Part shown: positions 28,768-37,656 of the stretch, one piece after another
Layout of the letters: every line of letters starts with the position of its first letter
How positions within the stretch are numbered: the first letter of the stretch is position 1
Source: a bacterium
GTDB lineage: Bacteria > Patescibacteriota > Microgenomatia > Levybacterales > UBA12049
Assembly: GCA_021813145.1 (NCBI GenBank)
Contig: JAKALS010000001.1
Span: forward strand, 3,515-67,514
Reading direction: 5' to 3'
Length of the DNA: 64,000 nucleotides
Position numbers and translations under genes: made by a program
Notes under the pieces: generated by a model
Database searches by the model: none
The model's input: only the letters and a program-made list of their open reading frames with translations
What the model was told of the DNA's origin: nothing

Positions 28768-29483
28768 TATTTTATGTAGTAAAAATTATCAAAATTTTTA
28801 ACAAATTCCATTAAATATTTTATTTGGCTGTTGTAGTTTTTAGAGTCTCCGCTGATTTTTTTCGCAAGGTTTTCGAGGATTTGTTCTTTATCTTCAATTT
28901 TACCTTCGGAAATATTTTTACTTTTTAAGGGGATATAGATATTTCCGATTGGGAATTTCCCGTGGTTTTTTTCAATAAAGGGATTTTCGATAAAAGGTGA
29001 TTGGTAAAAATAATATCTACCGTTTTCCTTTTTTATAATCGATATGTCATCGGTTAAAAATTTATTATGTATATTTTCTATGTCCTTAAAGAAGATTTCT
29101 GCTTTACCGTTTTTTTCTATTGCTATTGATTTTAGGAATAGCGTTTCATGTTTGAGAGATAATTTAAAGAGTATAAAATTAATTACCGTTTGGAATTGAA
29201 GAGGGTTTATGGAGTAGTAGGCGTTCATGCTATTTACTCCGGTTTCTTCAAAAAAACCCAAATAATATTTTTTACCTTTTCCATTGTAAAGTAAGTCCAT
29301 TCTCTTTTTTTCTATAAAATTTATCGTGTAGTCCGGTTTGTTGTTTGGATTTTTTATGATAAATCCTTTAAAAAAATCAATAATTTCATTTTTAATAGTA
29401 TCTCTTACAAAAGGCTTTTCGCTTTTGTTAAAAACTGTTTTAATATTAAATCCGCCGATTTTAAGAGTTAGTGAATTATTCAT
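28767..29483 (-). CDS. HPr-kinase-like paralog lacking the Walker A loop (pseudokinase)
   Basis: Collinear with 29489..30286 but HSSAV is KSIAI and GKSGAGKST is missing; DD retained. Confidence 0.7.
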   Translation of the reverse strand: MNNSLTLKIGGFNIKTVFNKSEKPFVRDTIKNEIIDFFKGFIIKNPNNKPDYTINFIEKKRMDLLYNGKGKKYYLGFFEETGVNSMNAYYSINPLQFQTVINFILFKLSLKHETLFLKSIAIEKNGKAEIFFKDIENIHNKFLTDDISIIKKENGRYYFYQSPFIENPFIEKNHGKFPIGNIYIPLKSKNISEGKIEDKEQILENLAKKISGDSKNYNSQIKYLMEFVKNFDNFYYIK

Positions 29484-29488
29484 ATTCC

Positions 29489-30286
29489 CTAAAGAGTATT
29501 TTCCAATAATTTTATAAGGCCCTTGCTGCTTTTTGAGAAATAGAGAAAATAAAAGTTATCGAATTCGCTTATAAACTCCATAAGATATTTTATTTGAGTA
29601 GAGTAGTGCTCGTCTCTTGTAAAGATTTGTTTTGATATTAATTTTAGAACATACTCCTTGTTTGTGATTTTTTTGATTTCAAAATGCTTAGATTTTTTTA
29701 AAAAATACACTGAATTTACGGTTGTCCCACTGGAGGTCTTGGTGATCAGGTTTTTTTCCAGGATAGGCGATTGATACAAGTTATATTTGCTTGCCTCTTT
29801 TCTAATTAATGTTATGTCATCGGATAATTTGAAATACCTGTTTTTTAAAAGGTTTGCTGTTGTTGACTTTCCCGCTCCGCTTTTGCCAAGAAAAATATAT
29901 GCCTTGTTATTAATCTTTACTGCGGAAGAATGCAAAAACAAAATTTTATTTTTTTCACTTAATCTTAAAAGTACAAAATTTACCAGCGATTGAAATTGAA
30001 AAATATTTATAAGGTAATGGGTTTTGATTCTATTTTTTTTTATTATTTCGAAAAAAGCCAGATAATATTTCGATTTATTTTTTTCGCTTAATAACTCAAG
30101 TTTTTCTTCTTCCGTTATTTCGATAATAAAGTCGGGGCTTTTAGGTTTATTCTCTATAAAGTTAGCAAAGAAATCTTCAATATTATTTTTTAAAATTTTT
30201 TTTGCAACATTTAATTCAGTCTTTTTAAATATAATCTTTATGGAAAATCCGCCCACTAAAATATTTATAATTTCGGTATTTTTCAT
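29489..30286 (-). CDS. HPr-kinase-like P-loop protein (lasso peptide kinase/ScmC-like)
   Basis: LHSSAV...FLGKSGAGKST...LSDDI...QSP. Confidence 0.8.
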   Translation of the reverse strand: MKNTEIINILVGGFSIKIIFKKTELNVAKKILKNNIEDFFANFIENKPKSPDFIIEITEEEKLELLSEKNKSKYYLAFFEIIKKNRIKTHYLINIFQFQSLVNFVLLRLSEKNKILFLHSSAVKINNKAYIFLGKSGAGKSTTANLLKNRYFKLSDDITLIRKEASKYNLYQSPILEKNLITKTSSGTTVNSVYFLKKSKHFEIKKITNKEYVLKLISKQIFTRDEHYSTQIKYLMEFISEFDNFYFLYFSKSSKGLIKLLENTL

Positions 30287-30293
30287 TTTGGAT

Positions 30294-30302
30294 ATTGTAC
30301 CA
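30294..30302 (-). promoter_or_regulatory. Extended -10 promoter (TGgTACAAT) for the kinase-pseudokinase-YcaO-SagB operon
   Basis: 7 nt upstream of ATG 30286, consistent with a leaderless start. Confidence 0.5.
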
Positions 30303-30335
30303 AATTTATTTTTAATTAAAAGAAGGGGAGAAGGC

Positions 30336-30512
30336 TTATGTTGCTTTTATAGAGCTGCTTCCGCAACCGCAAGAACTCGCTGCATATACTTTTCCTACTG
30401 CTAGTCCATTAGCAGAATCTAGAAAACGTTTATTAAAAAAGAACATAGAAAAACCTTTTACGGTTCTCCTTCTTATCTTAGGCTTAATATAACGATTTTC
30501 AACGGTCTTCAT
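30336..30512 (-). CDS. Putative RiPP precursor peptide 2 (58 aa): MKTVENRYIKPKIRRRTVKGFSMFFFNKRFLDSANGLAVGKVYAASSCGCGSSSIKAT
   Basis: Manually translated; starts 10 nt after the paralog B stop; YxKPxI leader like precursor 1; Ser/Cys/Gly-rich tail. Confidence 0.8.
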   Translation of the reverse strand: MKTVENRYIKPKIRRRTVKGFSMFFFNKRFLDSANGLAVGKVYAASSCGCGSSSIKAT

Positions 30513-30522
30513 AATAGCTATT

Positions 30523-31044
30523 TTACTTTAAAAATCTTTGTATTTCTACGCTATCCGGCATTTTGCCATCGGATGTGTGCATATCGTAAGTAGCAGTTAT
30601 TATAATACTATTTCCGGATGAAAGATCACTAAGTTTTATGGGTGTTTGAACTCCGTTTGTCAGATCATAAACTTTTACGCTTTGAGAAAGCGGGGGCATA
30701 ATGTCATATTGAGTAACTTCTTTTCCTTTTACTCCCTCTAGATGAATTGTGAGTACATTATTGTTTGCCTGGGTAGGAAGATCTACCGAAGAGACTATGC
30801 CTGTTACATTTTGAGTAAAGGTGTAAGTTGAGTTGGTCCAATAGTGGGCAGTTTTTAGGTAATCTATCATGTAATTCGTTACGGCAGGGTTTTGAATAGG
30901 GGTAGGTGTAGGAGCTGTTAAGGCCTGAGGGGGAGTGGGAACAGTCTGGGTGGGTTTATAAACAAACAGAAATACCACCTCTGCAAGAGCAGTAAAAAGA
31001 AGAGCTATAATCACAGCTAAAAATATTTTATTCAGCTTTGACAT
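30523..31044 (-). CDS. Membrane-anchored protein (paralog B), upstream of precursor 2
   Basis: MSKLNKIFLAVIIALLFTALAEVVFLFV nearly identical to paralog A; shared FTQNVxGIV and SDL..G motifs. Confidence 0.75.
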   Translation of the reverse strand: MSKLNKIFLAVIIALLFTALAEVVFLFVYKPTQTVPTPPQALTAPTPTPIQNPAVTNYMIDYLKTAHYWTNSTYTFTQNVTGIVSSVDLPTQANNNVLTIHLEGVKGKEVTQYDIMPPLSQSVKVYDLTNGVQTPIKLSDLSSGNSIIITATYDMHTSDGKMPDSVEIQRFLK

Positions 31045-31173
31045 CAGTTTTAGAGGGCGAGCAACTCTATTATCACTTGGTAAATCCAGTGTATATAAAC
31101 TTATTATTAAAAGTCAATACCCAAGCATTCATATTTTATTTAAAAATACTTTATGCTAATATCAATTTAATTT

Positions 31174-31326
31174 ATGTTCGAAAGCGTCAAGCAAATATTG
31201 ATCTTAAGTACAAAGTCAAAGAAAATCTGGTTGATTCCCGTTTTTTTACTTTTAATAATCATCGCACTTTTGGTAATAAGCGCTACAATTTCTCCTGTCC
31301 CCGTATTCCTTTACCCGATTATATGA
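31174..31326 (+). CDS. Small membrane protein, DUF5989/SxtK-like (50 aa): MFESVKQILILSTKSKKIWLIPVFLLLIIIALLVISATISPVPVFLYPII
   Basis: Manually translated; KKxWLxP-TM-PxFxY pattern; stop overlaps the next ATG (ATGA). Confidence 0.75.
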   Translation: MFESVKQILILSTKSKKIWLIPVFLLLIIIALLVISATISPVPVFLYPII

Positions 31327-31523
31327 AGATTTTAAGGAGAATTTCTAAAAAAATTAACGATTATTTTATTCTTATTGTTCTTTTCATTTTTTATTATCCA
31401 GTAATCGGAATTGCTTTTTTCTTCTTCAAATTGTTGTCTTTAAATAAAAAATCATCAGCTTCTTATTGGGTTAAGCCCAAAAATCAGGATTTCGATAAGA
31501 AATATTTCGAGTCACCATATTGA
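31323..31523 (+). CDS. Small membrane protein, SxtJ-like (66 aa)
   Basis: True start MKILRR at 31323; TM with FYYPVIG, C-terminal SYW...FESPY. Confidence 0.7.
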   Translation: MKILRRISKKINDYFILIVLFIFYYPVIGIAFFFFKLLSLNKKSSASYWVKPKNQDFDKKYFESPY

Positions 31524-31597
31524 AGCGAGAGTCCATGTTTAAATATAAGTTTGTATTAAGCGAGCTGAAAGACATGGTTTTCGCGGAGGAGGACTAA

Positions 31598-33334
31598 ATG
31601 TATATTTTAGGAATTTCGGCTTATTATCACGATAGCGCAGCCGTTTTAATAAAAGACGGCAAAATAGTTTGCGGTGCAGAGGAGGAAAGGTTTACAAGAA
31701 AAAAACACGATAACGGTTTCCCTTTTAAAGCAATAGAATTTTGCCTTAAAGAAGCTGGTATCTCAATAAAACAGGTCAATTACGTAAGTTACTACGAAAA
31801 ACCTCTACTTAAGTTTGAAAGGTTAATGGAAACATTCGTAGAGACTTATCCGTGTTCTTTAAAAGTTTTTCTAAAAGGAATGCCCGAACATTTGGATTAT
31901 AAAATAAAAATTCAAAAAACAATAAAAGATAAATTAAAATATAAGGGCAAAGTTTATTTTGTACCGCATCATCTCTCTCATGCCGCAGCGTCTTATTATG
32001 CATCCCCTTTTAAGGACTCCGCAGTCTTAACAATAGACGGAGTAGGTGAGTATCAGACAACGGCTTTATGGAAGGGAGAGGGTAATAAGATAAATCTTCT
32101 AAAATCAATAGATTTTCCGGATTCCTTGGGGCTTTTATATTCAACATTCACAGCTTTTTTGGGTTTTAAAATAAATGACGATGAGTATAAAGTAATGGGA
32201 CTGGCCGCTTACGGAAAACCTAAATATACAAAACAAATATATAAGTTGATAGATGTTAAAGACGACGGAAGTTTTAGAATGGATCAAAGTTACTTTGCGT
32301 ATAGGGAGAGTTTTAAAATGTGGAGTAAAAAATTCGTAAAATTGTTTGGAAAACCAAGGCAACCCGAAGGGGTAATGACACAGAAACACAAGGATATTGC
32401 CGCAAGCCTTCAAAAAGTTACGGAAGAAATTTATTTCAAAATTCTCAACCACTTATACAAACAAATAAATATCAATAATCAGCAATCAGCAATCAGTAAT
32501 CTATGTTTGAGCGGTGGAGTTGCCTTAAATGCATTGGCAAACGGGAAGATATATGAAAATACGCCTTTCAAAAATATATATGTTTTCGGTGCCGCAGGGG
32601 ATAGCGGAGGGGCTTTAGGTTCTGCTTTGTTGACTTATTATTTTATCCTAGGAAAGAATAGAAGAAATAAGATTAAGGATTTATATTTTGGTTCTTCATA
32701 TTCAAATTCCGAAATAGAAAAGGAGCTTGAAGCATACGGCCTAAGCTATAGAAAGTTCAGCTCAGAAGAAAAATTGATTGCGGAAGCCGCAAAGCTTCTT
32801 TCGGAAGGTAAAATAATCGGTTGGTTTCAGGGCAAAATGGAATTTGGCCCAAGGGCATTGGGTTCCCGTTCAATCCTTTCTTCTCCGAATCCAAGAGCAA
32901 TGAAAGAAAAGGTAAACAGGATAAAGGTAAGGGAGCAGTTCAGACCCTTTGCCGGCTCAATTCTACAGGAAAAGGTAGATGAATACTTCAAGGTACCGGA
33001 AAAAACCCATTGGTCTCCTTTTATGATATTCTGCTTTATAGTAAAAAAGGACAAAAGAAAAGAGCTTGCCGCAATTGTTCACGAGGATAATACCTGCAGA
33101 GTTCAAACTGTTAACAGGAAAGATAACGGAAGATACTACAAACTTATAAACAAATACTACAATCTGACCGGAACTCCTTGCATCTTAAATACCAGCTTCA
33201 ATTTAAAAGGGGAGCCCGTTGTAGAAAATCCAAAGCAAGCCATAGAAGACTTTCTGAAAACAAAAATGGATCATCTTGTTGTTGGAGATTATTTGGTTTC
33301 TAAAAATTTTAGAAGAAATTTTTATTCAAGATGA
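31598..33334 (+). CDS. O-carbamoyltransferase (NodU/CmcH/SxtI family)
   Basis: YYHDSAA, EEERF, HHLSHAA, DGVGE, EYKVMGLAAYG, EFGPRALG, REQFRPFA, LNTSFN. Confidence 0.95.
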   Translation: MYILGISAYYHDSAAVLIKDGKIVCGAEEERFTRKKHDNGFPFKAIEFCLKEAGISIKQVNYVSYYEKPLLKFERLMETFVETYPCSLKVFLKGMPEHLDYKIKIQKTIKDKLKYKGKVYFVPHHLSHAAASYYASPFKDSAVLTIDGVGEYQTTALWKGEGNKINLLKSIDFPDSLGLLYSTFTAFLGFKINDDEYKVMGLAAYGKPKYTKQIYKLIDVKDDGSFRMDQSYFAYRESFKMWSKKFVKLFGKPRQPEGVMTQKHKDIAASLQKVTEEIYFKILNHLYKQININNQQSAISNLCLSGGVALNALANGKIYENTPFKNIYVFGAAGDSGGALGSALLTYYFILGKNRRNKIKDLYFGSSYSNSEIEKELEAYGLSYRKFSSEEKLIAEAAKLLSEGKIIGWFQGKMEFGPRALGSRSILSSPNPRAMKEKVNRIKVREQFRPFAGSILQEKVDEYFKVPEKTHWSPFMIFCFIVKKDKRKELAAIVHEDNTCRVQTVNRKDNGRYYKLINKYYNLTGTPCILNTSFNLKGEPVVENPKQAIEDFLKTKMDHLVVGDYLVSKNFRRNFYSR

Positions 33335-34890
33335 AAGTTCATTTTATTAACCTTAGGGCTATATTTTTTAAGTATAAATTAGACATCGTTTTAATTTTGT
33401 CTATTGCGGCCTTTTTCAGGCTTTATAAAATAAGAAACTACATGGAATTTCAGGGGGACGAGGGAAGGGATGCTTTAGTTGCTTATAATATATTACACGG
33501 TCATCTGACCCTCCTTGGTCCATCTGTTTCAGTTGGAGGTTTTTTTCTGGGGCCTGTTTATTACTATTTTATGGCCCCATTTTTATGGATTTTCAACTAT
33601 GATCCGGTAGGCCCAGCGGTAATGGTCGCTTTGTTTGGAATAGCTACAGTATTACTTATTTATAAAGTCGGAGGCGAATTTTTTGGCAGGAAAGCAGGAA
33701 TTATAGCATCATCACTATACGCAATTTCGCCGTTAATGATAATTTACTCGAGTTCATCCTGGAATCCTTGGCTTCTTCCTTTCTTTTCGTTGTTAGCTCT
33801 TTATACTCTTTATAAGGGCCAAATAAAAAATAAATTATTATTTTATTTGGCGACTGGTTTGTTCTTGGGAATTGCCGTACAGCTTCATTACACAGCTCTT
33901 TTTTTGCTTCCAATAGTTTTTGTATATGTCTTAATGGGAGATTTGTTTATGTCAAGAACATACAAAAAAATTATAAAGCCATTAATAATTAAATATTTAA
34001 TTTTGTTATTGGGGTATTTCATTGCGTGGTTGCCGTTTTTATTTTATGAAATAAATAATGGTTTTCCCAATTTAAGAGCAATTTTTAATTTTGTTTTAAA
34101 TACGGGAAGTAGTGGTACGAATTTTGGTATGTTTACAATATTTTATGATGTTTTTGTGAATATTTATGGCAGGTATGTTTTTGGGGCCTTTCCTCCTATA
34201 GAGTACCTAAATTTTAACGGTCAACCGTTTATACTATTAACATATCTCTTTATTTTAATCTCAATTTTTCCAAGCTTTATCCTATTAATCAATAAATGCG
34301 TCAGAGTCTGGAAAGAAAAAAACTCAGATTTTTTGAAATATAATCTCCTGTTGACTTGGTTAGTGTTGGGAGTAGGTTTTTTTAGCTTTTATAGAGGTCC
34401 TTTTATGGATCAGGTTTACGTTTTGCTTTTTCCCCTCCCATTTTTATTGGTAGCATTATTAATAAGTTTCCTTTACGAATATAAATCAAGATTTTTTCCC
34501 CAAAAAATTATAAAAGCAGTTAGTATTTTAATATTTTTAATCATAGCGATACTGAATCTAGAGAACGTCTACATAAAATATCAGCATACAGATAACGTTG
34601 GTCAAACAGAATCTGCATCGCAATTTATATTAGCAAAAGCTGGAGGACAACCTTTTGATTTTGCGTTAATAACCAACCCGCCTAATTATGATATGGCTTA
34701 CTTATATTTTTTTACTATCTTGGGAAATGCTCCGGTAAATTCAGATACAAACCAGCTTTTTGTAGTCTGTGAAAGGAAATGCAGCCCATTAAAAAATAAT
34801 TCACCCGATATAGTAAATTTTGGTAGGGCTAAAGTATTGGGGGTTTGGAAAGTTTCAGGGGTAAAAGTTTATAGATTAGTTCATTTCTGA
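33331..34890 (+). CDS. GT-C fold glycosyltransferase (GT39/ArnT-like)
   Basis: FQGDEGRD, GPVYYY, WNP motifs, multiple TMs. Confidence 0.85.
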   Translation: MKVHFINLRAIFFKYKLDIVLILSIAAFFRLYKIRNYMEFQGDEGRDALVAYNILHGHLTLLGPSVSVGGFFLGPVYYYFMAPFLWIFNYDPVGPAVMVALFGIATVLLIYKVGGEFFGRKAGIIASSLYAISPLMIIYSSSSWNPWLLPFFSLLALYTLYKGQIKNKLLFYLATGLFLGIAVQLHYTALFLLPIVFVYVLMGDLFMSRTYKKIIKPLIIKYLILLLGYFIAWLPFLFYEINNGFPNLRAIFNFVLNTGSSGTNFGMFTIFYDVFVNIYGRYVFGAFPPIEYLNFNGQPFILLTYLFILISIFPSFILLINKCVRVWKEKNSDFLKYNLLLTWLVLGVGFFSFYRGPFMDQVYVLLFPLPFLLVALLISFLYEYKSRFFPQKIIKAVSILIFLIIAILNLENVYIKYQHTDNVGQTESASQFILAKAGGQPFDFALITNPPNYDMAYLYFFTILGNAPVNSDTNQLFVVCERKCSPLKNNSPDIVNFGRAKVLGVWKVSGVKVYRLVHF

Positions 34891-35882
34891 CAGGGAATAA
34901 TATTGTTTTGGGTTAGATAATTATATAAGTCGTTTACAATTAATGTGTAGCCCTGGGAAGAAGGATGAGAATCTCCTAAATAATATTTTTGATTCTGGTA
35001 AATATTAGCCAAATTTCCATAAAAGTAAGTATGTTGCCTGTCCTTTACAAACCCGTTTATAATATTTAAGGAATTTACATCTTGTGAAGGGAAATTAAAT
35101 AATATTAATGGTCCTTTGTAATAATCATTGACGCTTTCTAAATATTTTTTTTGTAGTCTAAGAATATTTCTTTCTCCCCCAAGCGTCTGCAATATTTGCT
35201 GTTGTGCCTCCTCCCAACCTTTGTAAAAAATACCTTGTTTTTCAAGTTTAGCTTCTTCGCCGGAAGCTTGAAGTTGTGCGTCAAAGGAAGCGGTTTTGGG
35301 AATTTGCAATTCGTCTAATCTTGTCCAATCGGTGTTGATTATAAACCATAATATTAAATCAGGATTATATTTTTGCCCCCTAAGTTTATATCTTTCTACG
35401 GAATAAGCAATATCATAACCGTAGACACCAAGATTAATAACCTCAAATTTCTTGATATTTGTACATTTAAGTGAACTATTTAATTTTTTTTCAAGTTGAG
35501 AGGGGTAATTATCTTCCGTATTTACATTTTGCCCAAACGTAAAAGAATCTCCCAGCGTGACTATTCTATACACACCTGCTGACTTTGTGGCAGTATAGTT
35601 AGGGATTTGGTTTAATCCGTCTGCATTTATTTTGTATCTTATTTGGGTTCCGGCCGGGTAGCCTAATTCTACTACTAATTTAGGGTCTATAGTTTGAATA
35701 CTATTGGGTCTTGGTTCATAATAGTATTTGAATGTTGATGAATAAGGAAAGTCTATAGTTTTTGGTGATATCTCATTTATAGAAACTAAGACTGATTGGT
35801 TTTTATATAAAATATTAAATAATAGAGCAAGAACAATTATTAATTGTAACAAGATAAGAAGTATAAAAATCTTAGTTCTCAC
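34881..35882 (-). CDS. SGNH/GDSL hydrolase family protein
   Basis: LGDSFTFG, INLGVYGY, DSHPS..G. Confidence 0.88.
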   Translation of the reverse strand: MRTKIFILLILLQLIIVLALLFNILYKNQSVLVSINEISPKTIDFPYSSTFKYYYEPRPNSIQTIDPKLVVELGYPAGTQIRYKINADGLNQIPNYTATKSAGVYRIVTLGDSFTFGQNVNTEDNYPSQLEKKLNSSLKCTNIKKFEVINLGVYGYDIAYSVERYKLRGQKYNPDLILWFIINTDWTRLDELQIPKTASFDAQLQASGEEAKLEKQGIFYKGWEEAQQQILQTLGGERNILRLQKKYLESVNDYYKGPLILFNFPSQDVNSLNIINGFVKDRQHTYFYGNLANIYQNQKYYLGDSHPSSQGYTLIVNDLYNYLTQNNIIPCQK

Positions 35883-35999
35883 ACCAGCTAGTTTAAATTA
35901 TAAATAAAAAAAATCAAAGAATAAATATGCAGAAAGCAGTCTTGTTGAAAGAATTTCAGATATTTATTTATTCATAGATTTATAGTAAATATATTAATA

Positions 36000-37607
36000 G
36001 TGTATAAATTTTACATAAAAACAAAGAACAGTATTAATTGGAAATATTTCTACATGATAATTTCTTTAATATCTTTAATCGTTTTTACAGCTTTTTTATA
36101 TGTTTTACACACTCAAATATTCTATGTGGCGGATGATTTCTGCTTTGCAACGTACAAACCGTTAAATATTTTAGGGGTACTTACTAATTCTCTAAACCTT
36201 TATTTTACCTGGAGCGGACGTTTTATCTATAATTTTCTAGCTTTTTATTTTTCGGGAGGGGAAGCCTTTTTATGGGAAATTCTTAATCCTATAGTTATAC
36301 TTTGGTTGTCGTTAATGATATGGATTATATCAAAGGTAAGTGAACCACGCGCAATAAGTAAAATTTCAGCCTTGCTTTTTATTTTGTTTATTTTTTTAAC
36401 TTTAAATCAAAATATCGCTAGAGAAGTACTTTACTGGATGAACGGCACGTTTTATTATTTATGGCCTATAACAATATCTTTGACATTTTTATCTTTTTGG
36501 ATTAAGTCATTTAATAAAACCAAATTTATAAATTACTCAAAATTTATATGTTTAATTACTGCAGCATTTGTTGGTAATTCTCATGAACAAACGGGGACAA
36601 TATTTGTATTTTTAACATTTGGTATATCCCTATACAAAATGAGACAGGGGTTTAGGTTAGATAGAATTCAGTTTATAACATTGTTAATATTGTTAGCCGG
36701 TTTCGTTTTACTTATCTTGGCGCCTGGAAATTTTGTCAGGCTTGGTGATAGTTTACGCAGTAATGGACTTTATTTTTCCGGGGGAATAATTTCAAATCTA
36801 AATATAAGACTTATCGGAATATTGTCAGTTATTTTTTACTCATCGACTGGCAGTATGTTTTTGAGTTTATTCTCAATTTTGTTTTTACTTGCGGTAATTA
36901 ATTTGATTTTCTCGAAGATATTAAGCAATATGATCCATAAATACATATTAGTTTTATTGTTAAGCATATCTTGCCTTGTTTCTTTTTTAATAAATCCTGA
37001 TATAACTTGGAAAATTCTTATGCCAGTTAGGACAATTTTTGGTACTTTTTTTGCCAATTACAATGTTTTCGATGTTCAAGCTGTTCCTACACAAATTTTT
37101 TGGACAATATCTTTATTCTCGTTGATGGATTTTGGGTATATATTAAGTAGGTATGATAAATCACCAATATTTTTTTATACTATAGTTTCCACAATTTTAT
37201 CTCAATTAATAATGATTGTCTTCCCCTATAGCGCTTATAGGTCTTTTTTTATTACAGTTGTTTTTATAGTCATAGCAATATCCTATCTAATTCAAAGGCT
37301 TGATGTAAGATTTATTAATCTGATTATTTTTTCAAGCTGTATGATGCTTTTTATTGGAGGTTTATTATATTATCGGCAATTAATTGAAGGTTATCGTAAT
37401 AACAATTTGATAATGACGAATAATGAAAAGATTATAAAAGAGTATAAGAATAATAATTCAGCTTCACCGCTTGTTCTAAAACGATTAGCAAATGATATGT
37501 ACGGTTTTAATATGCCTTATATTAATGGATATGATTACGAACTTATATGTATTAGAGATTATTATGGCTTAAAGAAAAATGTAAAGTTTTCTTGGATACG
37601 TAAGTGA
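36000..37607 (+). CDS. Polytopic membrane protein (DUF6056-like, probable GT-C)
   Basis: ADDF, WSGRF, YW..G...Y, SHE, APGNF.R motifs. Confidence 0.7.
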   Translation: MYKFYIKTKNSINWKYFYMIISLISLIVFTAFLYVLHTQIFYVADDFCFATYKPLNILGVLTNSLNLYFTWSGRFIYNFLAFYFSGGEAFLWEILNPIVILWLSLMIWIISKVSEPRAISKISALLFILFIFLTLNQNIAREVLYWMNGTFYYLWPITISLTFLSFWIKSFNKTKFINYSKFICLITAAFVGNSHEQTGTIFVFLTFGISLYKMRQGFRLDRIQFITLLILLAGFVLLILAPGNFVRLGDSLRSNGLYFSGGIISNLNIRLIGILSVIFYSSTGSMFLSLFSILFLLAVINLIFSKILSNMIHKYILVLLLSISCLVSFLINPDITWKILMPVRTIFGTFFANYNVFDVQAVPTQIFWTISLFSLMDFGYILSRYDKSPIFFYTIVSTILSQLIMIVFPYSAYRSFFITVVFIVIAISYLIQRLDVRFINLIIFSSCMMLFIGGLLYYRQLIEGYRNNNLIMTNNEKIIKEYKNNNSASPLVLKRLANDMYGFNMPYINGYDYELICIRDYYGLKKNVKFSWIRK

Positions 37608-37656
37608 ATTCCAAGGGTTAAAATTTTTAGTTGGTTCATTACCCGGGTATATAGAG

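Noticed and set aside
31038-31322. 5' part of the 161-aa ORF 31038..31523
   Set aside because: Spans the divergent promoter region and the SxtK-like gene in another frame; only 31323-31523 looks coding.
31174-35882. Saxitoxin biosynthesis
   Set aside because: Only the widespread sxtI/J/K/L-like module is present; no sxtA, sxtG or other core genes.
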